Assembly: GCA_024277615.1 (NCBI GenBank)
Contig: JAJRUW010000010.1
Location: 3,997 to 67,996 of the forward strand
Source: Fidelibacterota bacterium
GTDB taxonomy: Bacteria > Fidelibacterota > Marinisomatia > SCGC-AAA003-L08 > JACNLC01
Direction: 5' to 3'
DNA: 64,000 nt
The position numbers were made by a program, and so were the translations under genes. Positions 42,274 to 52,716 of this stretch are shown piece by piece; positions within the stretch are counted from its first letter, which is position 1; the number at the start of each line of letters is the position of its first letter. The notes below the pieces were generated by a model. That model worked only from the letters and a program-made list of their open reading frames with translations. It searched no databases and was not told the DNA's origin.

Positions 42274-42556
42274 AAAGTGGGAAGTGTAAAGTCCTTTCGG
42301 TGAATCGGTTTTGCAGCGGTACATCCGTACATAAATGAAAATTTTGAAAGGTATAATATTTTAACCCGGTTTCCGGATTTGTAACCGTTGGCATATCCCC
42401 GGTGGTTTTCAATTTTCACTGGGGCTGGATCGATTTACAAATGCTTGTCAGGTGGTCCGCAAATTACTTGCCAAACCGTTTCTGATGGTTGTTTCCGATG
42501 GAAAGTCACCTGTAAATTAATCAGCTTTTTTTTAAATAGAAATACAAGGAATATTT

Positions 42557-43120
42557 ATGGCGGATACTTCGGATTTCAGAAACGGACTGGTCATGGAGCA
42601 TAAAAACGGCTTGTGGAAAATCGTTGAATTTCTGCATGTAAAACCAGGCAAGGGTCCGGCTTTCGTCCGGACGAAACTGAAAAATGTAAAAACCGGCCAG
42701 GTGGTTGATGAAACTTTTCGCGCCGGTGAGAAAATCACGGTGATCAGGCTGGAAGCCCGGGATTATAATTATCTCTACAACGATGGAGAGCATTATTATT
42801 TTATGGACAACGAGACTTACGAGCAGATCACGCTCACAAAAGAACAGCTGGACGATGTCACCGATTTTCTCGTCGAGAACACCAACACCACCATCGCTTT
42901 CAACGGCACCGACCCGGTGGAGGTGCGCATCCCTCAACACATGAGTTTAAAGATCGTGAAAACCGATCCCGGCGAGCGGGGTAATACGGCCCAGGGTGGC
43001 ACCAAACCCGCCGAACTCGAAACCGGAGTAGTCCTGCAGGTTCCGCTGTTCATTCAGGAAGGGGAAACCATCCGTGTGGATACTAAAGACCGCCGCTATA
43101 TTGAACGGGTCAAGGGATAG
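42557..43120 (+). CDS. efp: Elongation factor P
   Basis: HVKPGKG.AFVRTK, YFMD.ETYEQ, PG.RGNT, KPA.LETG, VPLFI..GE. Confidence 0.97.
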   Translation: MADTSDFRNGLVMEHKNGLWKIVEFLHVKPGKGPAFVRTKLKNVKTGQVVDETFRAGEKITVIRLEARDYNYLYNDGEHYYFMDNETYEQITLTKEQLDDVTDFLVENTNTTIAFNGTDPVEVRIPQHMSLKIVKTDPGERGNTAQGGTKPAELETGVVLQVPLFIQEGETIRVDTKDRRYIERVKG

Positions 43121-43126
43121 CGGATC

Positions 43127-43603
43127 ATGATCCCGAAATCAAAAATCAAAGAGATCATCGACCTCATCGAAGGCACCGACATCAGTGAGATCGAGATAAC
43201 CTCAGATAAAGACACACATAAAATTCGCATCTCCCGGTTGAATCACGGGACGAATTCCCTGCCGTATTCCGAAGTATTGAGGGCTGCTCAACCTGCCCCA
43301 GCGGCTCAACAACCCGTACAAGCGCCGGAAGTACCCGCCGAAACAACTGATTCCGGTCCGGAACAGCTGCAGGTAAAAGCTCCCCTGGTGGGAACATATT
43401 ATGCCTCACCGAAACCCGATTCCCCCCCCTTTGTGAAGGTCGGTGATATTATTAATGTGGGTCAGACGGTGTGTCTCATCGAGGCGATGAAAATCTTCAA
43501 CGAGATTGAATCCGAAGTGGCAGGGAAGGTAGTTCGGATCCTGCTGGAGAATGAAGCGCCGGTGGAATACGGCCAGACGCTGATGATCGTAGAACCCGTC
43601 TGA
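43127..43603 (+). CDS. accB: Acetyl-CoA carboxylase biotin carboxyl carrier protein
   Basis: Ala/Pro linker; EAMK biotinylation motif. Confidence 0.96.
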   Translation: MIPKSKIKEIIDLIEGTDISEIEITSDKDTHKIRISRLNHGTNSLPYSEVLRAAQPAPAAQQPVQAPEVPAETTDSGPEQLQVKAPLVGTYYASPKPDSPPFVKVGDIINVGQTVCLIEAMKIFNEIESEVAGKVVRILLENEAPVEYGQTLMIVEPV

Positions 43604-43604
43604 C

Positions 43605-44960
43605 ATGTACCGTAAAATACTCATCGCCAATCGTGGCGAAATTGCATTGCGGATCATCAGGGCCTGCCGTGAACTGGGTATCCAGACGGTGGCAGTGTAT
43701 TCACAGGCGGACGAGTTATCACTGCACGTGAGATTTGCCGACGAAGCCATCTGCATCGGCCCGCCTGATTCCAACAAAAGTTATCTGAACATCCCTTCCA
43801 TCATTGCGGCTGCAGAGCTCACCAATGCAGAAGCCATCCACCCGGGTTATGGGTTCCTGTCCGAAAATGCCGAGTTTTCCAGCATCTGCCGGGATAATGA
43901 AATTGCTTTCATCGGCCCGCCTCCGGAAACCATCGACGCCATCGGTGATAAAGCCCGGGCCAAAAGTACCATGAAATCCGTTCAGGTTCCGGTTGTTCCC
44001 GGGTCAGACGGTACTGTGGCGACAGTTGAGGAAGCCCTGACTCTGGCGAAGGGTATAGGCTTTCCGGTCATTCTGAAGGCTTCAGCCGGTGGCGGTGGCC
44101 GGGGCATGCGCATTGTGGAAAAACCCTCCGAAATGGAAACCGCCTTTAACATGGCCCAGTCCGAAGCCCGCACGGCTTTCGGGAATGCGGATATGTATCT
44201 GGAGAAATTCATCCTCAAACCCCGCCACATCGAAGTTCAGATACTGGCTGATACTTTTGGTAATGTGATTGCCCTGGGCGAGCGGGAATGCTCTATTCAG
44301 CGGAGGCATCAGAAACTGGTGGAAGAATCGCCCTCGCCGGCAGTGACACCCGAGATCAGAGAGCAGCTCTACAAAGCCGCCATTGCCGGAGCCCGTGCTG
44401 CTGACTATGTGGGCGCCGGAACCATTGAATTTCTCCTCGATGCCAGGGGTGACTATTATTTCATGGAGATGAATACGCGCATTCAGGTGGAACATCCCAT
44501 CACTGAAATGGTGGTCGGACTGGATCTCATCAAATTTCAGATTCTGTGCCATGCCGGTGAGCCCCTGCCCGACTGGATGCACAATATCAAGCTGCGGGGG
44601 CATGCCATCGAATGTCGCATCAATGCCGAAGATCCGGCACGTGACTTCATGCCCTCCCCCGGCAGGATCACGGCCTTCCACATGCCGGGCGGAATGGGGG
44701 TCAGGGTGGACACACACGCCTATTCCGGTTATTTCATTCCGCCCTATTATGATTCCATGATCGCCAAACTCATTGTACATTCACCAACCAGAGAAGAGGC
44801 TCTTAACCGCATGGAAGTTGCTCTGGACGAATGTGTAATCGAGGGCGTCAAGACCATTATCCCCTTTCACAAACAACTTTTTAAAAATAAAAAATTCAGA
44901 GCCGGTGATATCCACACCGGATTTTTAGACACCTTTAAATTTGAACCAGATAAGGATTAG
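43605..44960 (+). CDS. accC: Biotin carboxylase
   Basis: [53 protein letters not shown]. Confidence 0.97.
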   Translation: MYRKILIANRGEIALRIIRACRELGIQTVAVYSQADELSLHVRFADEAICIGPPDSNKSYLNIPSIIAAAELTNAEAIHPGYGFLSENAEFSSICRDNEIAFIGPPPETIDAIGDKARAKSTMKSVQVPVVPGSDGTVATVEEALTLAKGIGFPVILKASAGGGGRGMRIVEKPSEMETAFNMAQSEARTAFGNADMYLEKFILKPRHIEVQILADTFGNVIALGERECSIQRRHQKLVEESPSPAVTPEIREQLYKAAIAGARAADYVGAGTIEFLLDARGDYYFMEMNTRIQVEHPITEMVVGLDLIKFQILCHAGEPLPDWMHNIKLRGHAIECRINAEDPARDFMPSPGRITAFHMPGGMGVRVDTHAYSGYFIPPYYDSMIAKLIVHSPTREEALNRMEVALDECVIEGVKTIIPFHKQLFKNKKFRAGDIHTGFLDTFKFEPDKD

Positions 44961-44963
44961 AGA

Positions 44964-45341
44964 ATGAATGTACCAGATGAACTGAAATACTCGGCGGATC
45001 ACGAATGGGTCAGGACCGAAGGAGATATTGTCACTGTGGGCATCACCGATTACGCTCAGGGTGAGTTGGGAGATGTGATCTTCATTGAATTTCCCGAAGT
45101 CGGAGATACGGTCACCGCCGGTGATACTTTTGGAACAGTGGAGGCCGTAAAAACAGTTGCCGATCTTTTCGCACCCCTTTCAGGAGAAATACTGGAAGTG
45201 AATACGGGACTGGAGGACAGCCCTGAATCCGTAAATAAGGACCCCTATCAGAGCGGCTGGATTGTCAGGATCAAAGCCAGTGCTTTGCAGGAATTAGATC
45301 AACTGATGGATGCAAAGGCTTACAAGGAGCACATCAGCTGA
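44964..45341 (+). CDS. gcvH: Glycine cleavage H protein
   Basis: HEW, GITDYAQ..LGD, VEAVK lipoyl-Lys, VN.DPY..GW. Confidence 0.97.
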   Translation: MNVPDELKYSADHEWVRTEGDIVTVGITDYAQGELGDVIFIEFPEVGDTVTAGDTFGTVEAVKTVADLFAPLSGEILEVNTGLEDSPESVNKDPYQSGWIVRIKASALQELDQLMDAKAYKEHIS

Positions 45342-46666
45342 TGCCGTATATTCCCAATACCGCCCGTACTGAAGCAGCTATGTTTGCCGATATGGGCGTC
45401 TCCGGGTTTGAGGAATTGATCCGAAATATTCCCGAAGAGCTACGTCTTGACGGTGCCCTGGGACTGCAGCCCGGACTGTCCGAATGGGAACTGGAATCTG
45501 CCGCTCAGGTGCTGGGGCAGCTGAATCGCCCCGCCGGCAGCGGACTGTGTTTTCTCGGCGGTGGGGTCTATGATCATTATATCCCCAAAGCCGTGGATTT
45601 TCTGGCAGGTCGTTCCGAGTTTTATACGGCCTATACGCCTTACCAGGCTGAAGTGAGTCAGGGTACGCTCCAGGCCATGTACGAATTTCAGTCAATGATC
45701 TGTGCCCTAAGCGGGATGGATGTGGCCAATGCCTCCATGTATGACGGAGGCTCTGCTCTGGCAGAAGCCTGTTCTCTGGCCATGGCTGCCACAAGGAAGA
45801 CCAGAATTCTGCTTTCCGGTACAGTGAACCCCAGATTTATTTCCGTTGTCCGTACATATTTGCAGAACCGTCAGGCTGAGCTCGTTATCCTGCCGGAGCA
45901 AGAGGGCGTCACTGACCTGAGGAATGTACCCGGGCTGATCGGTGATGCAGCTTGCCTGGTAGTCCAATCCCCCAACTATTACGGCGTACTGGAGGACTGG
46001 CGCAAAGTATCCGGACTGACCGGAAGTTCCAGGGCTCTTTTAGTCGCCGTCTCCGACCCGCTGCGTCTGAGTGTCATGGCGTCCCCGGGGGAATGCGGAG
46101 CGGATGTATTTGTCGGGGAGGGACAGATGCTGGGCAATGAGCTCTCCTTCGGCGGACCATACCTGGGACTGCTGGCAGTTACCGAAAAATACCTGCGGAA
46201 ATTGCCCGGACGGATCAGCGGCAAAACCGTTGACAGCAGCGGGAACGAGGCTTATGTACTCACGCTACAGACCCGGGAGCAGCATATCCGTCGGGAAAAT
46301 GCTACCTCCAACATCTGTACCAATCAGGGCTTGATGGCTCTCAGAGCAGCCATCTACATGTCACTCATGGGGAAAGAAAATCTTCCCAAAATCGCCAGAC
46401 TTTGTTTTAAGAAGGCCCACTATGCAGCAGACAAAATACTGGAATCGAAACGGTACTCCCTACCCTTCGGAGATCAGTTCCTTAATGAATTCGTCCTTAA
46501 AATAGAATCCGGCCCGACTGCCCGGAATCTCGTTGAAGCTGCCGAAAGGGAAAATATATTCATCGGTACCGTGCAGAATTCAACGGATCTGCTCCTGCTG
46601 GCCTTTACCGAAAAAAGAACCCGGCTTGAAATAGACCGGCTGATCGAATTTCTGAACAGGATCTGA
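45341..46666 (+). CDS. gcvPA: Glycine dehydrogenase subunit 1
   Basis: FLGGG.YDH, TAYTPYQAEVSQG, NASMYDG, FGGP.LG, TREQHIRRE.ATSNICTNQ. Confidence 0.96.
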   Translation: MPYIPNTARTEAAMFADMGVSGFEELIRNIPEELRLDGALGLQPGLSEWELESAAQVLGQLNRPAGSGLCFLGGGVYDHYIPKAVDFLAGRSEFYTAYTPYQAEVSQGTLQAMYEFQSMICALSGMDVANASMYDGGSALAEACSLAMAATRKTRILLSGTVNPRFISVVRTYLQNRQAELVILPEQEGVTDLRNVPGLIGDAACLVVQSPNYYGVLEDWRKVSGLTGSSRALLVAVSDPLRLSVMASPGECGADVFVGEGQMLGNELSFGGPYLGLLAVTEKYLRKLPGRISGKTVDSSGNEAYVLTLQTREQHIRRENATSNICTNQGLMALRAAIYMSLMGKENLPKIARLCFKKAHYAADKILESKRYSLPFGDQFLNEFVLKIESGPTARNLVEAAERENIFIGTVQNSTDLLLLAFTEKRTRLEIDRLIEFLNRI

Positions 46667-47418
46667 TGACCACCTTCGAAAGACTGGAAGAGAAAAGGTC
46701 GGCCAGAGGTGCCTGTGCCCTGGCTCTTCTGGATCCGGATATCAAAAATGACGGCCGACTGCAAGAGATGGTCCATACGGTTACAGCCGCTGATTTTGAC
46801 GGCATCCTCGTAGGTGGCAGTCTCATAATGGATGAGCGCTTTGAAGCCCGCCTGGGGCTGATCAAGTCCCTGACCGACCTGCCGCTGGTCATTTTCCCCG
46901 GCTCATCCCGGCAGCTCTCACGGGTTGCAGACGCAGTACTGTTTCTGTCGCTGCTCAGCGGCCGGAACCCCCAGTACCTCATCGGCGAACAGGTACAATC
47001 TGCGCCCCTCATCCACAGCCTGTGTCTGGAGACCATCCCGACGGGGTATATCCTGCTGGATGGAGGAGCCGTTTCATCGGTACAGGTGATGAGCAATACA
47101 AATCCTTTACCTCCTGAAAAAAAGGATATCATCCTGGCCCATGCTCTGGCAGGTCAGTATCTGGGCATGAAACTCATTTTTTTGGAATCAGGCAGCGGAG
47201 CCGAAAATAGTGCCGGGGCAGGTCTGGTTGAACTGATAGCGGGCGCTCTGGAAATTCCTTTGGTCGTGGGAGGGGGCATTCGCACAAAGGACACCGTTAG
47301 TGGTCTGGTGCAGGCCGGTGCAGGGTATGTGGTCATCGGTAACGCTCTGGAAAAAACGGGTTCTCCGGATGATATAGCGGAACTGGTGAGCGCCGCACAT
47401 CATACAGGGAACTCCTGA
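46666..47418 (+). CDS. Geranylgeranylglyceryl-phosphate synthase family (group II-like)
   Basis: LLDPD, ILVGGS, IFPG, LSLLSGRNP.YLIG.QV, YLGM..IFLESGSGA, VGGGIR, VIGN. Confidence 0.92.
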   Translation: MTTFERLEEKRSARGACALALLDPDIKNDGRLQEMVHTVTAADFDGILVGGSLIMDERFEARLGLIKSLTDLPLVIFPGSSRQLSRVADAVLFLSLLSGRNPQYLIGEQVQSAPLIHSLCLETIPTGYILLDGGAVSSVQVMSNTNPLPPEKKDIILAHALAGQYLGMKLIFLESGSGAENSAGAGLVELIAGALEIPLVVGGGIRTKDTVSGLVQAGAGYVVIGNALEKTGSPDDIAELVSAAHHTGNS

Positions 47419-47420
47419 TT

Positions 47421-48362
47421 GTGCAGTCGAAAAACGAACAGAATCCATTATATCGAAGTGCCAGGCACTTTCTGCTTCATCTTCAGTTTGAACGACGCCT
47501 GTCACGCAACACTATCGAAGCTTATTGGAGTGACCTGCGTCGTTATACGGATTATCTGAACGACGCTTTCAGTATCAGCCGGCCGCAGGAGATAAAACTT
47601 GCCCAGATCCGGGCCTATGTCAAGCTGCTGTCCCGGTTAACCCCCGGAGACAGTTCCGAGGGTTTCAAAACAGCGACAATCAGCAGAGCTTTTTCGGCGC
47701 TGCGGGGCTATCACAGCTACCTGATACATGAGGGGTTGTCCAAAAAAGACCCGACTACTTTTCTGGTACCACCGCGGCAAGAAAAAAAATTACCAGAAGT
47801 TTTGACGGTTGGTGAGATCGAAACCATCTTTAAAGCCGTGGACCTCACCTGCAAAACCGGCCCGAGGGATATGGCCCTGTTGCAGCTCCTTTACTCCTGC
47901 GGGCTGCGCGTTTCGGAAGTAGTAAGTCTGAAATTACCCAATATCCTCTGGGAGGATACTATGGTCCGGGTCATCGGCAAGGGCAGTAAAGAGAGGATTG
48001 TCCCCATTGGGGCTCCGGCTTTCAGCAGCCTGACGGAATATGTGGAAAATTTACGTCCCTCGCTGGCCAGAAAAGGGAACAATCGCGGCTTCCTGTTCTT
48101 GAATCTGCGCGGCGGACCGATTACACGTATGTCAGTCTGGAATATTGTGCATGAAAATGTGGTCAAAACCGACATCCGTAAAAGAGTCAGTCCCCATACG
48201 TTTCGGCATAGTTTTGCCACCCATTTACTGGAAGGGGGGGCAGATTTGCGAGTGGTCCAGGAACTTTTGGGACATGCGGATATTACCACGACCCAGATTT
48301 ACACACATCTTGACAAGACGTATTTGAAAGAGACACACAAACAATTTCACCCGAGAGGTTAA
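47421..48362 (+). CDS. xerD: Tyrosine recombinase XerD
   Basis: LS.NT..AY..DL, GLRVSE, GKGSKER, PHTFRHSFATHLL, LLGH, TTQIYTH. Confidence 0.93.
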   Translation: MQSKNEQNPLYRSARHFLLHLQFERRLSRNTIEAYWSDLRRYTDYLNDAFSISRPQEIKLAQIRAYVKLLSRLTPGDSSEGFKTATISRAFSALRGYHSYLIHEGLSKKDPTTFLVPPRQEKKLPEVLTVGEIETIFKAVDLTCKTGPRDMALLQLLYSCGLRVSEVVSLKLPNILWEDTMVRVIGKGSKERIVPIGAPAFSSLTEYVENLRPSLARKGNNRGFLFLNLRGGPITRMSVWNIVHENVVKTDIRKRVSPHTFRHSFATHLLEGGADLRVVQELLGHADITTTQIYTHLDKTYLKETHKQFHPRG

Positions 48363-49010
48363 ATGCTATTCAGATTGCCCGCAGAAGTCCTTGTGCTTCT
48401 GATCCCCACTTTACTTTTTGCACTTTGTTTTCATGAATTTTCCCATGCCTGGATGGCCTACCGGCAGGGAGATGATACAGCCGCCCGACTGGGCAGACTG
48501 ACCCTGAATCCCATGGCCCATCTGGACCCCCTGGGAGCTATGATGATCCTGTTTGTGGGATTCGGCTGGGCGAAACCCGTACCGGTGAATCCCCGCAATA
48601 TGCGTCATCCCCGGGCAGATATGATGAAAGTGGCCTTTGCCGGCCCGGCTTCCAATCTGCTCCTGGCCCTCGTAGGGGGGATTATTATCCGGATTCTGGG
48701 GTACCATAGTTATGCCCAACTGGTCCTGAGTGGTTCCGTGGGTCAGCTGCTGGCCTATTTTGTACAGATCAATATCATGCTGGCGGTGTTTAATATGATA
48801 CCCGTTGCACCTCTGGATGGTTCACAGATTTTTTCAGGACTGATCGTACGGTATAATCCTCAACTGGTGATCAAGCTGCAGCATTATGGCCCGAGGATCC
48901 TGCTGGGTGTAATTCTTTTGGGGTATTTCACACCCGTCAATTTGCTGGGTTGGTTTATTACCCCTTTCTTAAAAATATTCATGTCTCTCTTCGCAGGGAT
49001 ATCAGTCTGA
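48363..49010 (+). CDS. Site-2 protease (M50) family membrane peptidase
   Basis: HEFSH, RLTLNP..HLDP, GWAKPVP, AGP, FNMIP..PLDG. Confidence 0.94.
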   Translation: MLFRLPAEVLVLLIPTLLFALCFHEFSHAWMAYRQGDDTAARLGRLTLNPMAHLDPLGAMMILFVGFGWAKPVPVNPRNMRHPRADMMKVAFAGPASNLLLALVGGIIIRILGYHSYAQLVLSGSVGQLLAYFVQINIMLAVFNMIPVAPLDGSQIFSGLIVRYNPQLVIKLQHYGPRILLGVILLGYFTPVNLLGWFITPFLKIFMSLFAGISV

Positions 49011-49042
49011 CACCGGCTCCGGGATGGCAGGGTTCAGCTTGC

Positions 49043-49198
49043 ATGAAAAATCATACCGGAAATAAAACTGTTCAAAAGAAACTGAAACACCTGCTCAGTC
49101 AGGATTATCGGCGACCGGCATCCGGTTGGAAAATGTTAAAATATGCCATCCTCCTGGCTCTGATCCTGTATTTTTTATTCAGGACCGGCAGGCTGTAA
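49043..49198 (+). CDS. Putative 51-aa small membrane protein
   Basis: MKNHTG...KMLKYAILLALILYFLFRTGRL: basic N-terminus plus one C-terminal TM; fills the intergenic gap. Confidence 0.45.
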   Translation: MKNHTGNKTVQKKLKHLLSQDYRRPASGWKMLKYAILLALILYFLFRTGRL

Positions 49199-49235
49199 TG
49201 TATGGATTAAATAGAAAAAATTAAACAGGAAAGCA

Positions 49236-50912
49236 ATGAAGATTGTAGAATGTGTCCCCAATTTTAGTGAAGGCCGTGATACTGCCAGAATCCGGGCAAT
49301 TACGGATGCCATCAGTGCCGTTGACGGAGTGAGTCTGTTGGATGTTGACCCCGGCGCAGATACCAATCGCACGGTTGTAACGCTGGTGGGAGAACCTGAA
49401 GCGGTCATGGAGGGAGCCTTTCAGGGCATCCGTAAAGCCGCAGAGGTTCTGGATATGCGTAAACACCACGGGGCTCATCCCAGAATGGGTGCAACGGATG
49501 TGTGTCCCTTTGTGCCGGTAAGCGGGCTTACCATGGAAGATTGTGTGGAATATGCCAAATTACTCGGTAAACGGGTTGGGGAAGAACTGGGAATACCGGT
49601 GTTCCTTTATGAATATGCAGCCAGCCGGCCGGACAGACGCAACCTGGCCGATATTCGCGCCGGGGAATACGAAAGCATGGGCGAAAAGCTGCAGGACCCC
49701 CACTGGAAACCCGATTTCGGTCCCGCTGCGTTGAATGCCAAAGCGGGTGTAACGGCAATTGGAGCGCGGCAGTTTCTTGTGGCCTACAATGTCAACCTGA
49801 ATACCAAAGACAAAAAAATTGCCAGCGATATCGCCCTCGATATCCGGGAAGCCGGACGAAACCGGCGGGACCCGCAGACCCATAAATTCATCCGTGACGC
49901 AAAGGGAGTACCCCTCAAACAGCCCGGGACACTTAAAGCTGTAAAAGCCGTGGGCTGGTACATTGACGAATACGGTGTTGCTCAGCTGTCCATGAACCTA
50001 ACGGATATAACCCGAACGCCTGTACATATCGCCTTCGAAGAAGTCCGCTGCCAGGCCCGGAAAAGAGGCTTACGGGTTACCGGCAGTGAGTTGGTGGGGC
50101 TGATTCCGCTGCAGGCCATGCTGGATGCAGGAAGATATTATTTGGAAAAGCAGCATCGTTCAACGGGTATCCCGGAAAAAGACATATTGTATCTTGCAGT
50201 TAAATCGATGGGCCTGGATGAACTGAGTCCCTTTGATCCGGCTGAGAAGATCATTGAATACCGCATCTCGCCAACCTTCGGACCTCTGGTACGCTTACCG
50301 ATAGATGCCTTCGCGGATGAATTGTCTTCAGAGAGTCCTGCACCGGGCGGGGGCAGCGTTGCGGCCGTTGCGGGCAGTCTGGGAGCCGGACTTGCCGCCA
50401 TGGTGGCCAATCTGACTTTCGGCAAACGGAAATGGGAACCGCTCTATGAGCGAATGTGTCACCTGGCTGATGAAGGACAGCGTCTTAAAATAAAACTTCT
50501 GAAACTGGTGGATGAGGACACAGAAGCCTTCAACGATGTAATGGCAGCCTTCAGGCTCCCAAAAAGCACTGAAGAACAAATCCGGGACAGAGAAGCTGCC
50601 ATACAGCAGGCAACCCGAAAAGCGACTTCAGTACCTTTCACAGTCCTCGAATCCTGCAGAGACATTTTTAAACTCGCCCTGGAAGCAGCTGAAAAGGGTA
50701 ATCCGAACTCTATTTCCGATGCGGGAGTGGCAGGGGAGATGGCAGCCGCTGGTGCCAGGGGTGCCGCCCTGAATGTGTTGATCAATCTGGGGGGCCTTGC
50801 AGATAAGGATTACTGTGAAAGGATGCGGTTGGAGACAGCCGGGATTTTGGAACAGGTGGATAGAGACCTGCAGGCACTGCGGGAACTGGTGGCCGCAGGA
50901 ATGAAAGGCTGA
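49236..50912 (+). CDS. ftcD: Glutamate formimidoyltransferase-cyclodeaminase (bifunctional)
   Basis: ECVPNFSEGR, NRTV.T, H.G.HPRMGA.DV.PF, IGAR.FLVAYN, GSELVGL, SPAPGGGS. Confidence 0.95.
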   Translation: MKIVECVPNFSEGRDTARIRAITDAISAVDGVSLLDVDPGADTNRTVVTLVGEPEAVMEGAFQGIRKAAEVLDMRKHHGAHPRMGATDVCPFVPVSGLTMEDCVEYAKLLGKRVGEELGIPVFLYEYAASRPDRRNLADIRAGEYESMGEKLQDPHWKPDFGPAALNAKAGVTAIGARQFLVAYNVNLNTKDKKIASDIALDIREAGRNRRDPQTHKFIRDAKGVPLKQPGTLKAVKAVGWYIDEYGVAQLSMNLTDITRTPVHIAFEEVRCQARKRGLRVTGSELVGLIPLQAMLDAGRYYLEKQHRSTGIPEKDILYLAVKSMGLDELSPFDPAEKIIEYRISPTFGPLVRLPIDAFADELSSESPAPGGGSVAAVAGSLGAGLAAMVANLTFGKRKWEPLYERMCHLADEGQRLKIKLLKLVDEDTEAFNDVMAAFRLPKSTEEQIRDREAAIQQATRKATSVPFTVLESCRDIFKLALEAAEKGNPNSISDAGVAGEMAAAGARGAALNVLINLGGLADKDYCERMRLETAGILEQVDRDLQALRELVAAGMKG

Positions 50913-50913
50913 A

Positions 50914-52716
50914 GTGGGCGATATCCGCATATTACCCTCGACTCTGGTCAACCAGATTGCCGCCGGAGAGGTCATCGAGCGGCCGGCTTCCATAGTAAAA
51001 GAACTGGTGGAAAACTCCATTGATGCCGGAGCGACGCAGATAGACATTCTCATTGAGCAGGGGGGGATCAAGTCCATACAGGTTCGGGATAACGGCAGCG
51101 GCATGGGCCAGGGTGATCTGGATCTGTGTTTCAAACGTCACGCGACCAGTAAGATTGCCACACCGGAGGACCTCACCCATATTCGGTCCCTCGGATTTCG
51201 AGGCGAGGCTCTGCCCAGTATCGCCTCTGTGGCGCTGGTAACTGCAATTTCGGCTAAAGACGATTCCGGGGGTTTTGAATGTTCTATCGAAGGCGGGCAG
51301 ACGAATTACCTCCGACCGGCGGCTGCACTCAAGGGCACTTCCATAAGCGTTAAAAATCTCTTTTTCAATGTACCGGCCCGGCGCAAATTCCTAAAGAAAA
51401 AGGAAACTGAAAGCCGGGTCATTACCGCAAATGTCAGGAATTTCATTTTGGCTCATCCTGAAATCGGCTTTAATTATACCGCGGATCAAAAAGAAGTATT
51501 CCGTTTGAAATCAGGGACTCTTGAAAACCGTATCAGAGATGTTTACGGGAAATATTTTACGGAATCACTCTTACCGGTAGATGATGTAAAAGAGAGATTT
51601 TCAGTGCGGGGTTTCGTGGGTAATCTGAGTCTGGTGAAAAAACGCATGGGTGAGCAGTTTCTCTTTCTGAACGGCAGACCGATCCGTGACAGACTCCTGA
51701 ATTCAGCCGTTTACGGTGCCTATAGGTCTCTTTTGTCGAGGGGAGAATATCCCTTTTTTGTGTTGAATTTAGGAGTTCCGGAAGAACTGGTGGACGTCAA
51801 TGTCCATCCTGCCAAGCTGGAAGTACGCTTTCAGGATGAGTGGCGGGTTTATTATGTGGTAAAATCTGCAGTCACACAGGCTCTCAAAGATATTCTGGCG
51901 ACGATACCGGATTTTGATTATTTAAACCGCCGGCAGGTCCCGTTTCAAACCGCTCCGCAAACCGGTGTGTTGGGTCTGACCCCATCCGGCAGGTCCGGGG
52001 CAGACTACCCGGTTGAAAGCGCCCCGCGCCGCAGTGACGAAGGTGTGGTGCGCAACGGAGATACGCACGGACTCACGGATCAGAAAATTGAAAGAGCGCA
52101 TCAGCGTATCGAGAAAATGATGGGGGAAACAGCACTGGAGAAAGCCTTTGTGATCGATCGGATCTGGCAGCTGCATAATAAATACCTCATTACAGAAGTT
52201 AAAAGCGGTATGATCATCATCGACCAGCATGTCGCTCATGAGCGTATCCTGTTTGAGGCCGCAAAAAAAGCAATGGAAGAAAAAGGTTTTCCTTCACAAA
52301 CCGTACTATTTCCGCAGACCCTGACACTGCAGCCGGAGGAATTTTCCCGCTTTCTTGAAATTGTTCCCTATCTGGAAAAAATCGGCTTTCGACTCCGGGA
52401 ATTCGGGCGGAATTCCATCGTGATTGACGGTGTACCTCCGGATATCTATATGGGTGCGGAAGACAAAATAATCCGTGATATTCTGGACAAGTACATGTCC
52501 GAACATAATCTGGGAGCCAGTTTTTTAGATTATATCGCTGCTACCTACGCCTGCAAGGCTGCCATCAAGGCCGGGGATAAGCTGGAACCGGAAGAGATGC
52601 GCTCTCTGCTGGATAAGCTCTTTGCGACGGAGCATCCCTACTATTGTCCTCACGGCAGGCCCATAGTCGTGAATCTGACCACGGACGAACTGGATCACCG
52701 CTTCGAAAGGCTCTGA
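50914..52716 (+). CDS. mutL: DNA mismatch repair protein MutL
   Basis: IAAGEVIERP, DNGSG, RHATSK, GFRGEAL, DVNVHP.K, DQHVAHER, ACK, CPHGRP. Confidence 0.97.
   Translation: MGDIRILPSTLVNQIAAGEVIERPASIVKELVENSIDAGATQIDILIEQGGIKSIQVRDNGSGMGQGDLDLCFKRHATSKIATPEDLTHIRSLGFRGEALPSIASVALVTAISAKDDSGGFECSIEGGQTNYLRPAAALKGTSISVKNLFFNVPARRKFLKKKETESRVITANVRNFILAHPEIGFNYTADQKEVFRLKSGTLENRIRDVYGKYFTESLLPVDDVKERFSVRGFVGNLSLVKKRMGEQFLFLNGRPIRDRLLNSAVYGAYRSLLSRGEYPFFVLNLGVPEELVDVNVHPAKLEVRFQDEWRVYYVVKSAVTQALKDILATIPDFDYLNRRQVPFQTAPQTGVLGLTPSGRSGADYPVESAPRRSDEGVVRNGDTHGLTDQKIERAHQRIEKMMGETALEKAFVIDRIWQLHNKYLITEVKSGMIIIDQHVAHERILFEAAKKAMEEKGFPSQTVLFPQTLTLQPEEFSRFLEIVPYLEKIGFRLREFGRNSIVIDGVPPDIYMGAEDKIIRDILDKYMSEHNLGASFLDYIAATYACKAAIKAGDKLEPEEMRSLLDKLFATEHPYYCPHGRPIVVNLTTDELDHRFERL

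Noticed and set aside
43118-44966. efp-TAG-accB and accC-TAG-gcvH are each in frame, hinting at readthrough fusions
   Set aside because: Each protein has its normal length and own start. In-frame spacing has a 1-in-3 chance per junction, and the fusions make little functional sense.
47421-48362. Tyrosine recombinase as an island or prophage integrase
   Set aside because: It has a typical XerD sequence, sits in a housekeeping operon, and has no att repeats or cargo
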